A stretch of 64,000 nucleotides of DNA from Candidatus Poribacteria bacterium (GCA_964291315.2 OZ219751.1:1-64000), one strand, 5' to 3'. Shown: positions 10,783 to 21,689, numbered from the stretch's first letter. Notes: generated from the sequence alone by a model not told the origin. Numbers and translations: made by a program.

Positions 10783-13692
10783 ATGACAGCGAATCTCGCT
10801 ATTGCGTACTTACTTCTAAGTGCGCTTCTCGGAACGGTTACCTTAATCTGGGGCATTTTTCGGTACAGACGGAGTCAGCAGCGCCGGAGAGGTGCGTTCA
10901 AGATTCATGCATATCTGCTTTGGCTCCTCACCTTACTCATCGCAGTGAGCAGCTTCATGCCGCTGGCGTACCTCTACACAGAACACCTCTGGTTCGAGAG
11001 TCTCGGACACCTTGATGTTTTCTGGGGATTACAACAGATCCGGTGGGGCATCTTCGGGGTCTGCTTTCTTGTTGCCCTTGGATTCATGAATGCCAATGCT
11101 GCTGTGGCGAATGTCCTCTGCCCAGAGTCCCGTGAGTTTCGTCGTTGGACACACATGCGGACATTCTCTTTCCATCGTGCAGTGTTCTGTCTGACCTTCA
11201 TTGCAGCACTCCTCCTTGCAACACCGATGTTGCTATTGGACGATATATATTTAAGGTATCGGAATCAGCCAACGGCAGTCAGCAGTCAGCAGTCAGCAGT
11301 CAGCAGTCAGCAACCAACATCTGATAATCATTTCGGCAAAGATCGAAACTTCTATCTCTTCAGTTTCCCACTCCACCGATGGGTTAGCCTCTGGGTGCAG
11401 GCAACACTTTGGGTGACGTGCATAGTCGTTGGACTCCTCTATAACTTTTACTATCGTCGAGATGCTCACACTATGCAGCGTGTGAAGCGACACATCATCT
11501 TCCATGGATCGGCGCTGTGGTTGCTCCTCCTTTTCGTCGGTGGGTGGCGGAGCTATGTCAACCTCTGGAACAAGGTTTACACCCGTCCGTTGACCCAAGA
11601 ACTTTCGTCTCTCCACGGCTTGTTCTATGTTGATTTCCACCTCGAAGGTGCGACATATATCTATTGCGGTGTATTAATCAGTATTGCCGCGGCGATCGTC
11701 TTCAACGTGTTTTGGCGGAAACGGTTTCTATGGTATGCAACGCTCGGGGTATGGGGCTTGAGTTATCTATTCCTCATCCATGTATATCCATTGGCACTCC
11801 ACCTCTGGGAGGCCCGCATCAACGTGTTGGATAAAGAAGAACCGTATCTGCATCGACACATTGAGGAGACACGTCTTGCCTTTGAACTCGATACGATTCT
11901 GACAGAAAAGCGCGGGAAAGGGCTTGCTACATTGGACATGATCAAAGAAAACGAAGAGATTAAAAAGAACATTCAAATCTGGGATCGGCGTGTGCTTTAC
12001 GAAGCACTCCGCGAGGCACAGATTCAGACGCACTACGATTTCCATCCGTATACAGATGTTGATAGGTATCGCGTTGGAGACGAGTATCGGCAGGTCCTAA
12101 TCGCCGCGCGCGAAGTGAGCCCAGAAGAAGATATCGTCGGGTGGGAACCCTTGAAGTTACAATACACACATGGTTACGGAGTCTGTGTATCCCCGGTAAA
12201 CGAGTTTATCGAGGATGGGTTTCCGAACTTTTGGGTCGGCGATACCCCGATCCAAAGCAAATATAAAGAACTCAGCGTCCAACGTCCACAGATTTATTAC
12301 GGAGAGATGACGAACAACTATGTGATTGTCAACACACAGCGCAACCTTAATGAGTCTTCAGGTACCGTAGCCTTGCCGCAAACCCCTGGAACGTGGGAAC
12401 GACATGCCTATACTGGGGACGGTGGTGTTCCCTTAGGAGGTTGGTTTCGACGGCTTTGTTTCGCCCTCCGGTTCGACTTCTTCCGGATCCTGCGTTCCGA
12501 ACGGTTGACATCCGAAAGCCGTGTCATGTTCCTCCGGAAAATCGGGACTCGGCGCGGCGATCAACTCATTAAGGATCGGGTTGCACACATTGCTCCCTTC
12601 CTCAACTATGATCCTGATCCTTATATCGTGATTAGTGGCGGTGAGCTCTGGTGGATCATCGACTTTTATGTAACGAGCCGTTACTATCCGAACGCCCAAG
12701 TCTATGTTGACGACACAGCGCGGTTAGCAGAAACCCAGCTCTACGAGGAACCTAACTTCGAGAAGTTTAACTACATCCGAAACTCAGGAGTCGCTGTCGT
12801 CAACGCCTACACGGGTGCTGTTAGTTTCTATGCCATCAAGAAAGATGAAGCTGTGATGCGTACCTATCAGAAGGCGTTCCCTGATCTCTTTAAATCCGTA
12901 TCGGAGATGCCCGAAGGGTTGAAAGCACATCTCCGGTATCCGGACTACCTCACACGGATTCAAGCCAAAATGTATGGGGCCTATCACAGGCGTGCCGACG
13001 ATTTTTACCACCGACGCGATCACTGGCTAATTCCGAAAGAGGCGTACTACTCATCGGAAGCCGATCAGGAGATGATGCCGTACTACGCTATGCTCAAACT
13101 GCCGGGCGAGGATACCTTAGAATTCGTGAACATGATTCCGTTTACACCGCCGAAACGCGAGAAACGGTTAAAGGCATGGATGGTTGCACGGTGTGACCCA
13201 CCAAACTACGGAGAGCGGATTGTCTATATATTGCCGGAGGGTGCAGATGTCGCAGGACCCACACAGGTCGAAGAAGACATTAACAAAGCGACAGGGCAGC
13301 AACAGGTCGGTTGGAAAGAAACAAGCGATGTGATTCGTGGAAATCTACTCATCATACCGATTGAGGACGCGCTTTTCTACGTCGAGGCGATCTATCTGCA
13401 AGCGAAGCGGCAGGAAAAAGACAATGGGGATGATACGCAGCCGCGCCGTCCAAAATTAGAGATGGTTGTGGTGAAGGCGGGATCGAGTGAGCTTGCATCG
13501 GCGAAGACGCTAGATAAAGCGTTGAACGTACTTTTCCTCGGGCAACCGGCGGTCAATGCGCCGGAAGAGGGCGAAGCACCTCCAACGGCAATGGAGTTAT
13601 TGGAGCAGTTGCGTCAAAGCCATGCAAAGAGCAAGGCACAAACAGAGGCGGTTTTGGAGAGACTGATTGAGGTTCTAGGTGAAGATCAGTAG
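10783..13692 (+). CDS. UPF0182 family membrane protein
   Basis: YTEHLWFESLG, FYLFSFP, DVDRY, YTHGYG, PQIYYGE, DPDPY, NYIRNS, HLRYP and VIRGNLLIIPI motifs. Confidence 0.92.
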   Translation: MTANLAIAYLLLSALLGTVTLIWGIFRYRRSQQRRRGAFKIHAYLLWLLTLLIAVSSFMPLAYLYTEHLWFESLGHLDVFWGLQQIRWGIFGVCFLVALGFMNANAAVANVLCPESREFRRWTHMRTFSFHRAVFCLTFIAALLLATPMLLLDDIYLRYRNQPTAVSSQQSAVSSQQPTSDNHFGKDRNFYLFSFPLHRWVSLWVQATLWVTCIVVGLLYNFYYRRDAHTMQRVKRHIIFHGSALWLLLLFVGGWRSYVNLWNKVYTRPLTQELSSLHGLFYVDFHLEGATYIYCGVLISIAAAIVFNVFWRKRFLWYATLGVWGLSYLFLIHVYPLALHLWEARINVLDKEEPYLHRHIEETRLAFELDTILTEKRGKGLATLDMIKENEEIKKNIQIWDRRVLYEALREAQIQTHYDFHPYTDVDRYRVGDEYRQVLIAAREVSPEEDIVGWEPLKLQYTHGYGVCVSPVNEFIEDGFPNFWVGDTPIQSKYKELSVQRPQIYYGEMTNNYVIVNTQRNLNESSGTVALPQTPGTWERHAYTGDGGVPLGGWFRRLCFALRFDFFRILRSERLTSESRVMFLRKIGTRRGDQLIKDRVAHIAPFLNYDPDPYIVISGGELWWIIDFYVTSRYYPNAQVYVDDTARLAETQLYEEPNFEKFNYIRNSGVAVVNAYTGAVSFYAIKKDEAVMRTYQKAFPDLFKSVSEMPEGLKAHLRYPDYLTRIQAKMYGAYHRRADDFYHRRDHWLIPKEAYYSSEADQEMMPYYAMLKLPGEDTLEFVNMIPFTPPKREKRLKAWMVARCDPPNYGERIVYILPEGADVAGPTQVEEDINKATGQQQVGWKETSDVIRGNLLIIPIEDALFYVEAIYLQAKRQEKDNGDDTQPRRPKLEMVVVKAGSSELASAKTLDKALNVLFLGQPAVNAPEEGEAPPTAMELLEQLRQSHAKSKAQTEAVLERLIEVLGEDQ
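11275..11312 (+). repeat. Heptamer tandem repeat (GCAGTCA)x5 inside the UPF0182 CDS
   Basis: Directly visible; encodes AVSSQQSAVSSQQ. Confidence 0.95.
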
Positions 13693-13782
13693 GAATTAGT
13701 CATCAGCAAAAACTTTTGTATCAATTGATAGATGGGAACGCTACAAAGTTGTGAGCTCTGGAAAAGGGACAAAGGCCGCGTA

Positions 13783-14529
13783 TTAACAGCCAACTGTTAA
13801 TTTGCTACTTATCGCCTCCGTCCGGAGCTCATCATAATACCCTGAACACACTTCCAAAACATCCTTTAACTCCACTGGAAACCGCTCTGACTTCGAACGA
13901 TACGGGGCGAAACCTGTGCTCCGATGTGCATTCTGATACCAGTACTTTGCCCAAACCCCATCTGCGGGAATTCCACCGGCATGCCAAGACAGCATTCCTG
14001 GCTCAAACTGCAGCTCCAACCGTTCACATAACTGGCAGAGCACATTCTGTGGATCCTCTAAGAGCAACCGTGCGTCAAGAATCGGTGGTGACTGCCCGGC
14101 AGCCTGCAACGCTAGAAGCAGAGCGTGCTGCGTTTTCAGTCCTGTATCTGCCAACGTCGGTTTCCCAATCACTTTCGCTAACGAAGGCAGCATCTCCCGT
14201 GGGTCACGGATGAGAAACACATTCAGCGTCTTTTGGAGAAACCCGCGGTCAATATTGATGAGATGATGTGCCATCTGTTTTATAAAAAGCACTGGTTTTT
14301 CGCAAGGGCCGAGGATCACCTTCCTGATTACGCTTGCACCGTCCGTTAACATAGATGCCATCACGTCAGCGGGTGCCGGGTGTGCTTGTGCCCTATCGGT
14401 ATTGTAGAGATAGTGGGCATAAAGCGGTTCATCAACGACTTGAGTATCGCTGCGTTGTTCAAAGGCGTACATCAGGGCAGTAGACACGTTCCGAGGACCC
14501 GACCAGAGACAAATCCGTTTCGTTTGCAT
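13783..14529 (-). CDS. Sulfotransferase-like protein (WSGPRN family)
   Basis: LWSGPRNVSTALMY, DEPLY, FLIRDP and DGVWA..WY motifs; RBS AGAAGGGGA before MQTK. Confidence 0.8.
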   Translation of the reverse strand: MQTKRICLWSGPRNVSTALMYAFEQRSDTQVVDEPLYAHYLYNTDRAQAHPAPADVMASMLTDGASVIRKVILGPCEKPVLFIKQMAHHLINIDRGFLQKTLNVFLIRDPREMLPSLAKVIGKPTLADTGLKTQHALLLALQAAGQSPPILDARLLLEDPQNVLCQLCERLELQFEPGMLSWHAGGIPADGVWAKYWYQNAHRSTGFAPYRSKSERFPVELKDVLEVCSGYYDELRTEAISSKLTVGC

Positions 14530-14620
14530 ACCATTTTCCCCTTCTCGTCTGTTCCATGATATGGAGGTAAAGGTTTTATTTTCACGGTTCATAGATAGGT
14601 GGTTTTTCTAACCTCAGCAG

Positions 14621-15448
14621 CTACCTTCTCCGTTGCCGTCGTCTACGTCGTGAAGACAACGGCAACGCTGTCGATGACGTAGAACCTTCCACCGATGATG
14701 CCGCTGCAGCAGGATGTCGCTGACTCTGCAACCAGAAGATCAGCCCAAACCCTATAAAAAATGCGACAACACTAAAAATTTGTGCCGCCGACATCCAACC
14801 CAACACACGCGGCGTAACCCGCCAAAATTCCGCAATAAACCGTTCTACCCCCAAAAATATCAAGCTGATACCGAAAACTGTTCCGTGAACATTTTCAAAC
14901 TTCCGGCGCTGCGACCAGAGGATCCCGAAAAGTATAACTGACATCAGCGACTCATATATAGGTGTCGGGTGCACAGGAATATCCGTTGGGACAGTCCCGT
15001 TCGGGAATGTCATCGCCCAGGGGAGATCAGACGGAGGGCCATAGTCTCCATCACCAGCGAGGAGACATCCAATGCGACCAATGCCATATCCTAATAAGAG
15101 CGTCGGGCCAATAATGTCAATTGTAGGGAGATACGGGTTCGGAGATCGGAGGACAACTATAGTCACAGCGAGACTCCCCCCAATCAAGCCGCCATACCAA
15201 ACCAATCCACTCGTCGAAAAAAGCTCGCGGACGCTTATCGAACCATCGAGAAGTGTGGAATAGAGCTTTGCCCCGATAACCCCACCAATAGCCGCTGCCA
15301 TGACAATTGTCGACGCTTGTTCTGGCACAAAACCCCGCCGTTTCAACTCATACTGTATAACAAAAACGCTTGTAATAAACGCAGCCGCTAGCATCAAACC
15401 GTAAGAGTGGATACCAACAGGGCCAAAATCAATCAGTGTTGGATACAT
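14621..15448 (-). CDS. lgt: Prolipoprotein diacylglyceryl transferase
   Basis: MYP..SYG, GLVWYGG, GRIGC, HPTPIYE and RFIAEFWR motifs. Confidence 0.92.
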   Translation of the reverse strand: MYPTLIDFGPVGIHSYGLMLAAAFITSVFVIQYELKRRGFVPEQASTIVMAAAIGGVIGAKLYSTLLDGSISVRELFSTSGLVWYGGLIGGSLAVTIVVLRSPNPYLPTIDIIGPTLLLGYGIGRIGCLLAGDGDYGPPSDLPWAMTFPNGTVPTDIPVHPTPIYESLMSVILFGILWSQRRKFENVHGTVFGISLIFLGVERFIAEFWRVTPRVLGWMSAAQIFSVVAFFIGFGLIFWLQSQRHPAAAASSVEGSTSSTALPLSSRRRRRQRRR

Positions 15449-15547
15449 TATAATTCCTCTATAGAAAGATTTCCATATCTCGACTTCGGTATTTTCTAGG
15501 CTTCTGATAGGAGTTGACCGCGTCGACCGTTTTGGGTAACATATCGG

Positions 15548-16252
15548 TTATTCTCCAAGGTAAGCCTGTCTCACGCGTTCGTCGGCTAACAGGTCGATAG
15601 ACGTACCTTCCATAGTGATTTTACCTGTCTCCATGACGTAGCTCCTGTCGGTGACTTGCAACGCCAGTTGTGCGTTTTGCTCGACGAGTAGCACAGTCGT
15701 ACCATCGGCGTTAATCTGTTGGATGATCTCGAAAATCTGTTTAACGATCAGGGGTGCTAATCCTAAGGAGGGCTCATCAAGCAAAAGGAGTCTTGGTTGT
15801 GCCATCAAGGACCGTCCGATGGCCAACATCTGTTGCTCACCGCCGCTGAGGCTACCGCCGCGTTGCCGCCGCCGTTGGTACAACTTAGGGAAAGACTGGA
15901 AAATTTTGTCTAAATCGTCTTTAATTGCCTGTCTATTGTTTCTTGAATAGGCACCAAGCTCAAGGTTCTCCAAAACACTCATATCCGGGAAGACAAGCCG
16001 CCCTTCTGGGACCTGTGAAATACCGAGTGGAACTCGTTGTTCCGCTGCCGTTTTTGTAATATCCTCACCCTCGAAGTGGATACTTCCCTCTACTGGTGTG
16101 TAGATGCCCGAAATCGTCATCAACGTTGTTGATTTACCTGCGCCATTTGCCCCGATCAGGCAAACCATCTCGCCGGCATTAACAGTGATAGATATCCCTT
16201 GTACAGCTCGAATTTGTCCGTAATAGGTGTGTATATTTCTCAGTTCAAGCAT
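15548..16252 (-). CDS. livF: Branched-chain amino acid ABC transporter ATP-binding protein
   Basis: GANGAGKST, VPEGR, LSGGEQQMLAIGR, LLLDEPSLGLAP and VEQNA motifs. Confidence 0.92.
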   Translation of the reverse strand: MLELRNIHTYYGQIRAVQGISITVNAGEMVCLIGANGAGKSTTLMTISGIYTPVEGSIHFEGEDITKTAAEQRVPLGISQVPEGRLVFPDMSVLENLELGAYSRNNRQAIKDDLDKIFQSFPKLYQRRRQRGGSLSGGEQQMLAIGRSLMAQPRLLLLDEPSLGLAPLIVKQIFEIIQQINADGTTVLLVEQNAQLALQVTDRSYVMETGKITMEGTSIDLLADERVRQAYLGE

Positions 16253-17030
16253 CTTCTTTAGATTTTCCTAGATACGCTTCAATGACCCGTTCGTCGTTTT
16301 GGACATCTGCTGGTAGGCCTTCGCTGATCTTTTCGCCATGGTCAAGGACGGTTACCCAATCGGAGATTTGCATCACCAATTTAACGTCGTGTTCAATGAG
16401 GAGAACCGTAACACGTTGTTCACGTATAGCGTAGACGAGCTCAATAAGCTCTTGTGTCTCTTGGGGGTTCATGCCTGCGGCGGGTTCATCGAGGAGTAGG
16501 AGTTTTGGCTCAGTTGCCAAGGCTCTCGCGATTTCTACCCGGCGTTGGTCACCATAAGAGAGGTTACCCGCCGCTTGTTCGCTCAGCTCGTCTAATCCGA
16601 CGAATTCCAGCATATCATGTGCTTTTGCGGTGATTGCAGTCTCCTCCTTCTGCTGTCCCGGCGTATGAAATACCGAACCGATAAAACTACTTGAGGTACG
16701 CGGGTGCCGCCCGATCTTGACATTATCAAGTACTGTTAGTTCCGTAAAGAGCCTGATGTTCTGAAAAGTTCTACCGATACCAAGTGTCGTGACTTGGTCC
16801 GGACGCAATCCAGTGATCGATTGCCCCAAAAAATCAACAGTGCCGAACGTCGGATTATCGAGACCCGTAACACAGTTGAAGAGGGTTGTCTTCCCAGCAC
16901 CATTGGGGCCGATTAGACTAAAAATTTGTCCAGGGTGCACCGACATCGTCACTTCTGACAATGCAATGACGCCGCCATAATGCCTACTCATTTCATTGAT
17001 TGCTAGCAACCGGATACTGGAGGTTCTCAT
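16245..17030 (-). CDS. livG: Branched-chain amino acid ABC transporter ATP-binding protein
   Basis: GPNGAGKTT, RTFQNIRLF, LSYGDQRRVEIARA, LDEPAAGMNPQE and VIEAYLG motifs. Confidence 0.92.
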   Translation of the reverse strand: MRTSSIRLLAINEMSRHYGGVIALSEVTMSVHPGQIFSLIGPNGAGKTTLFNCVTGLDNPTFGTVDFLGQSITGLRPDQVTTLGIGRTFQNIRLFTELTVLDNVKIGRHPRTSSSFIGSVFHTPGQQKEETAITAKAHDMLEFVGLDELSEQAAGNLSYGDQRRVEIARALATEPKLLLLDEPAAGMNPQETQELIELVYAIREQRVTVLLIEHDVKLVMQISDWVTVLDHGEKISEGLPADVQNDERVIEAYLGKSKEDA

Positions 17031-17257
17031 TGCTATTTCCTCATCGGGTTATCTATTTCTAAAGTATATCTTAATTGGTAAGTGCCTGTCAATTTGTTTT
17101 CTGCTGGCAGCAGTCCGTAAGTGTAAAGGCAGCGATTGTGAGCCCCTTAACTACAAGCGATTATCGGCTATTGGTAGTTGGTTTGCACCGGGGCCAAGGC
17201 AGCAAGAGTCGAGAAGGCAAATATAAGGACTGAAAGCTTTGCCTGCTATTAGAAAGT

Positions 17258-18186
17258 TTAACCGCGTTCCCGCCGCATATTCACCAAATAAATTCCACCA
17301 GCCACCAAAACAGCTCCTCCTAGCAAACTAATAGTTAGTTCGTCCCCTAAAATCAGATGGCTAAACAGCACTCCTGACAAAGGGGTCGCGAAGAAGAGAA
17401 CAACGAGTTTACTCGCGCTATATTTCTCAAGTATAGATGTCCAAGCTAAAAAGCAGAACCCCGCGATGATGCCCCCTTGATAGAGCAGTGCTGCAGCCCC
17501 AACCAAGGTCAGCTGCATCGGTTCTCCATGTTCCCACAGTAAATTCATAATCAGATAGCACGGCAGACTCAGACTTAACAACCAGAACAGGAGACGATAC
17601 GGGTGAATCGACTGGATTAGCAGCTTTGTTACCACAACACGCAGCCCTAAAAAACATCCACTAACAAGGACAATGAGGTCTCCGAGCACGCTCATTTCAC
17701 CGTGTCCGAGCTTCGGGGCGACAGTTACAAAAACGCCGCTAAAGCAAAAATAATCCCTAAAGTCTTCGTAACAGAGAGTCGTTCTCCCGGAATCCAAAGA
17801 TGTGCAAACAGGGCAGTAAAGAAAGGGTAGACGTTAATAAAAATGGTTGAGCGCGAGGCAGAGGTGTGTAGCGTACCGGTATTCAGTGTGATAATCTGGA
17901 GTATAAAAATCGTAGTGAGTAGAATCAGTCGCGGGAGTTCTCCATGGCACAACCGAAGCGGAATACGACGGAAGAGGGCCCAACCCCCGATAACAAACAG
18001 CCCGATCACAAAACGGAAAAATGCCAACGCCATGGGTGGAAAATCGGCTAAGCCGACTTTGATCGCGAGCGAATTCCCACCCCAAAGAAACGCAAGGAGC
18101 AACGCAAGAGCAATAATCTTCCCCCGTGGTTCCTCGCTCATCACTACCGGCTTTGGGGATGTTCCAATGGTATCTTTTTTATTCAA
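17258..18186 (-). CDS. DMT/EamA family transporter, frameshifted near 17741-17743
   Basis: Two EamA halves (LWGGN..P..AFFRF; P..LGDE..GG.LV..G); one extra T gives continuous LGIIFAFSGVFVTV. Confidence 0.8.
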
Positions 18187-18237
18187 CAGAAGCTGATACC
18201 CTCACTCAAGATTTCCGTTTTCTGAAAGAGAGGTGCG

Positions 18238-19041
18238 TTAATCGTAAGCACCCGGGCGATGGTTGCCCATTAAGCGTTGTTGACGATCCGTTGCTAATTC
18301 CAAGATGTCGTCATTGAACTGGAACCGATTCAGGTAGGGCGGGAATTTCTGGGTTATCATTCTATTCGCGTAATGCACTTGTAAGAGATATCGAGTCTGA
18401 TCGCTCCGATTTGCTGTTCCGCGGTGCCAAACTTCGCTTCGAAAAAGTACGACATCACCAGCATTACAAAGAATACTTTTTTCTTGATTACCTTCCCACT
18501 CTGTTTCACCGTCCGGGCTCCGTCCAGAAAGATGGCTACCCGGCACGAATTTCGTTGGCCCGAGGTCTTCGTAGAGGCCGTCTAGGTAGTAGTGTGCAGT
18601 CGTAATGAAAATCGGGACCTTGACGCGCGGATCCTTCAAAATATCCGATGGAAGCGGAATAGGCAGCCAATCTGCATGCAAACTTTGATCAGGACGCCCT
18701 GGGCCTGTGATCCATGCCGTCATCCCGATGACGTGACAGTCTTTGCCGTGTACTGCTTCCGCTAATTCAATAACCGGGGACATGTCGAGGTATTGTAGGA
18801 AGAGCGGATCGCGATTAAAAGCGTTATTAATATGTTTGTTGAGAAAACCGTTTCCATTTTCTGGAGTACCGTGCTTGTCAAAACTCTCAGGAATAGCAGT
18901 TAACCTATCCATCGTAGCACGAAGTTCCTCCAATTGCGACCCTTTGATAACCTTCGGTAGATAAGCATATCCATCCTCCTCCATTGCCCTGACTTGGTTC
19001 TCAAGGTCCGGATAGGCTAAGAGAGGTAAGGCGTGGCTCAT
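18238..19041 (-). CDS. Phytanoyl-CoA dioxygenase (PhyH) family Fe/2OG oxygenase
   Basis: HAD (HxD), GPTKFVPGSH, AGDVVLF, WHRG.AN and R..L motifs. Confidence 0.9.
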   Translation of the reverse strand: MSHALPLLAYPDLENQVRAMEEDGYAYLPKVIKGSQLEELRATMDRLTAIPESFDKHGTPENGNGFLNKHINNAFNRDPLFLQYLDMSPVIELAEAVHGKDCHVIGMTAWITGPGRPDQSLHADWLPIPLPSDILKDPRVKVPIFITTAHYYLDGLYEDLGPTKFVPGSHLSGRSPDGETEWEGNQEKSILCNAGDVVLFRSEVWHRGTANRSDQTRYLLQVHYANRMITQKFPPYLNRFQFNDDILELATDRQQRLMGNHRPGAYD

Positions 19042-19205
19042 TATTTTTCTCCTTAAGATCAGAAAACTCGAAATTCAATCCCTAATTGCGTATTTTACAA
19101 TTTGTAAACATCCATGTCAACTTTTTTCCGAACAATTCGTTGATAAAGTATATCTAAATTAATAATAAAGTTAACACAGTATTATCAAAAAAAGGAGAAA
19201 GAAAA

Positions 19206-19469
19206 ATGAAAGATAAAAAAATAACACAAGAAACCCAAGAATCCACTAAAGATGCAGCTATTCGTGTACTCGGAACAGTATTGGAATCCTTACCCGGTAA
19301 TTTGTTTCATGTGATGTTAGAAGATAACGATCACAAAGTTGTAGCATACCTGGCCGGCAAACTGATGCAGCATAAAATCTGGGTACTTCCCGGTGATCAG
19401 GTTACCGTTGAACTTTCTCCATATGATCTCACGCGTGGACGCATCGTCTGGCGGAGCCCAGGGGCTTAG
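19206..19469 (+). CDS. infA: Translation initiation factor IF-1
   Basis: G.V.E.LP...[19 protein letters not shown]; RBS AAGGAG. Confidence 0.95.
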   Translation: MKDKKITQETQESTKDAAIRVLGTVLESLPGNLFHVMLEDNDHKVVAYLAGKLMQHKIWVLPGDQVTVELSPYDLTRGRIVWRSPGA

Positions 19470-19609
19470 GTATCTTCTGTTATAGATTTCTTTTTAACAG
19501 AGGTTTTTGAGTTTTGTTCAACCGTGTCAGCTCTATTGTAAAAAGGAGTCGAAAGCCTATTCTTTTTGATGTGTGCATAGATGATGCACCTCCTATAGGC
19601 AATCTAAAG

Positions 19610-20644
19610 ATGGAAGGCATTGTAATAAAAGTGCGCGCGGGCGCTTATGAGGTACAGGTCGGTAATCAATCTTATACTTGTACTTTGCGTCACCGACTCA
19701 TTGAAGATGAGAAACGGAGGCTGGACGAAACAAAAGAGATGCCCTACGTTGATTTACTTGCAGTAGGCGACCGGGTTCGTATTTCTACTGCCCTATCTAC
19801 GCCAGAGAGCGGATACATTGAGGAATGTTTGCCGCGCGCCACCCAGTTCGGACGCACACGTATGGACGGTTGGCGGCAGGTCATCGTTGCCAACCTCGAT
19901 ATGTTACTCATCATCTTTGCCGCGCGCCACCCTACGCTCAAACTGCGTATGCTTGATAGATTCCTCGTCACCGGAGAGGCATCTGACGTTGAACCTGTCA
20001 TCTGTATTAACAAAATCGACTTAGCAAAATTGGAGAGTGTTCAACGTGAGCTCAATTTATATGAAGAATTAGGTTATAAAGTGGTTTATACAAGTACCAT
20101 AACCGGTAGGGGGATTGATCAGTTGCGGGAGGTGATGCAGGATAGAATTTCAGCAATTGTGGGTTCATCAGGTGTTGGGAAATCTTCTCTGCTCAATGCA
20201 TTACAACCCGGGCTGCGACTCCGTACAGGCGAAGTGGATGAACGTATGCACAAAGGTCGCCATACTACAACCGAGGTTCTACTGCTACCGCTCGAGTTTG
20301 GCGGCTTCGTTGCCGATACACCCGGTATCCGTACCCTCGGCTTGCTTGAAATTGATGATGAACAAGGACTTGATATTCATTTCCCGGAGATGCGCGCTTA
20401 TATCCCAGAATGCAAATTTGCCGCTTGTACGCACCAACACGAACCTGCCTGCGCTGTCAGGCGAGCAGTTGAAATGGAGGACATTAGTCCAATCCGATAT
20501 GAAAGCTATCTCCGGATCTCCGGATTTAAGGATGGGAGATATGAACGAAACTCGAATAAGAAACGAACCGGTCGAAACACGCGACGCAAACGCCGATCCT
20601 CAAAAGTGGGCGGCCGCTATTCAAAACCTGCTTCGCATTATTGA
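19610..20644 (+). CDS. rsgA: Ribosome small subunit-dependent GTPase A
   Basis: AVGDRV, NKID, GSSGVGKSS, GRHTTT, DTPG and CxFxxCxHxxExxC zinc finger; true 3' end probably ~20529 (see findings). Confidence 0.92.
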   Translation: MEGIVIKVRAGAYEVQVGNQSYTCTLRHRLIEDEKRRLDETKEMPYVDLLAVGDRVRISTALSTPESGYIEECLPRATQFGRTRMDGWRQVIVANLDMLLIIFAARHPTLKLRMLDRFLVTGEASDVEPVICINKIDLAKLESVQRELNLYEELGYKVVYTSTITGRGIDQLREVMQDRISAIVGSSGVGKSSLLNALQPGLRLRTGEVDERMHKGRHTTTEVLLLPLEFGGFVADTPGIRTLGLLEIDDEQGLDIHFPEMRAYIPECKFAACTHQHEPACAVRRAVEMEDISPIRYESYLRISGFKDGRYERNSNKKRTGRNTRRKRRSSKVGGRYSKPASHY

Positions 20645-21368
20645 GAAAAGCGAGCAGAAGCTTGGATATTTTGAAAATAGGGTGAAGCAGGCAAAATTTA
20701 TGGATCGCCCGAATCGGCAGAAGGTGCGCGCTGCTAGTGCCCAAGTCGGTATGCACTCGGCGCAATTGGAAGGGTTACGCAGTGAATTGTATCAGCTCGA
20801 ACGACTTTATAGCGGAGGTCTTTGTTTCCATCAAGCTACAGAGAATGAACTCCGTCAAATTTGGGGATGGGTAAACCGACCGGCCATCAGAAAATACCTT
20901 TACACAGCGCGGGTGTCGTTTGAAACCTTTCTCAAGGATTGGCACCGTTGGAGTGCAGAAGAACGGACACACCCGCTTGCTATCGAACTCTATACAACGC
21001 GACTCCTCGTGGGGTTTATTCTTCTTCAGCATGAAGCCGAAACCGTCACTATCAAATTCGTTGTCGTTCGACCCGATTACCGTGCTCGTGGGTATGGCAC
21101 AGATACACTCGTTAAAGCTACCCGTTACGCTTTTGAGCAACTCAATGCCGAGCATATCACGGTACACGTATCCGTTGACAACGGGCCCGCACTCATCTGT
21201 TTTGAGAATGCAGGGTTTCGGTACCTCGGTTACACAGATACTGTAGGACAGAACTACATGATGGGCATTGAACGCAGCGAATGGGAAGGCGACACGCCAA
21301 TAGACGAGGAAGTGGTATTTCCACGCCTCAGTACCCCTCTAGGAGCGTTTTTTGAGAAAGAAAAATAA
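20541..21368 (+). CDS. GNAT family N-acetyltransferase with N-terminal coiled-coil extension
   Basis: VRPDYRARGYGT acetyl-CoA motif and N.PA..CFE..GF; RBS GGGAG upstream of ATG 20541. Confidence 0.8.
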   Translation: MNETRIRNEPVETRDANADPQKWAAAIQNLLRIIEKSEQKLGYFENRVKQAKFMDRPNRQKVRAASAQVGMHSAQLEGLRSELYQLERLYSGGLCFHQATENELRQIWGWVNRPAIRKYLYTARVSFETFLKDWHRWSAEERTHPLAIELYTTRLLVGFILLQHEAETVTIKFVVVRPDYRARGYGTDTLVKATRYAFEQLNAEHITVHVSVDNGPALICFENAGFRYLGYTDTVGQNYMMGIERSEWEGDTPIDEEVVFPRLSTPLGAFFEKEK

Positions 21369-21578
21369 TTCTTTTTTTAGGTATTTGGTGTTCTTCTAGT
21401 AGCAATTTTGGGGGTTGTCAATATACCGGCCACGCTCGAAAAAGAAGATAAGCACTTTTCCTACTTTACCTATTTTGAGGAATAACGGTTATTTCTATAC
21501 TTTTCCCGGTAGAACGGAACTCCGATACTAGACTTTTGTCGGACGCATTCGCATATCCGGACTGTGTTCCCTTATACT

Positions 21579-21689
21579 TTAGTGCGGAATCGCCGGTATA
21601 TACCTGATTAAACCCAATAAACCCCTTAAAGATAACGCTTTACCTTGGTGCAGAATGCCGGTACATGCTCTGACGGGTAGAAGATTCAT
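21579..21689 (-). CDS. Putative small protein, 36 aa (MNLLPVRACTGILHQGKALSLRGLLGLIRYIPAIPH)
   Basis: RBS-like AAAGGGG 3 nt before the ATG; below the ORF-track size cut-off; no recognisable family. Confidence 0.25.
   Translation of the reverse strand: MNLLPVRACTGILHQGKALSLRGLLGLIRYIPAIPH

Noticed and set aside
20157-20540. Long N-terminal extension of the GNAT ORF overlapping rsgA
   Set aside because: Shadow frame of rsgA; the RBS and ATG at 20541 give the plausible start
21575-21672. CRISPR array
   Set aside because: Only two degenerate repeats and no cas genes; kept only as part of the 66-bp-period observation
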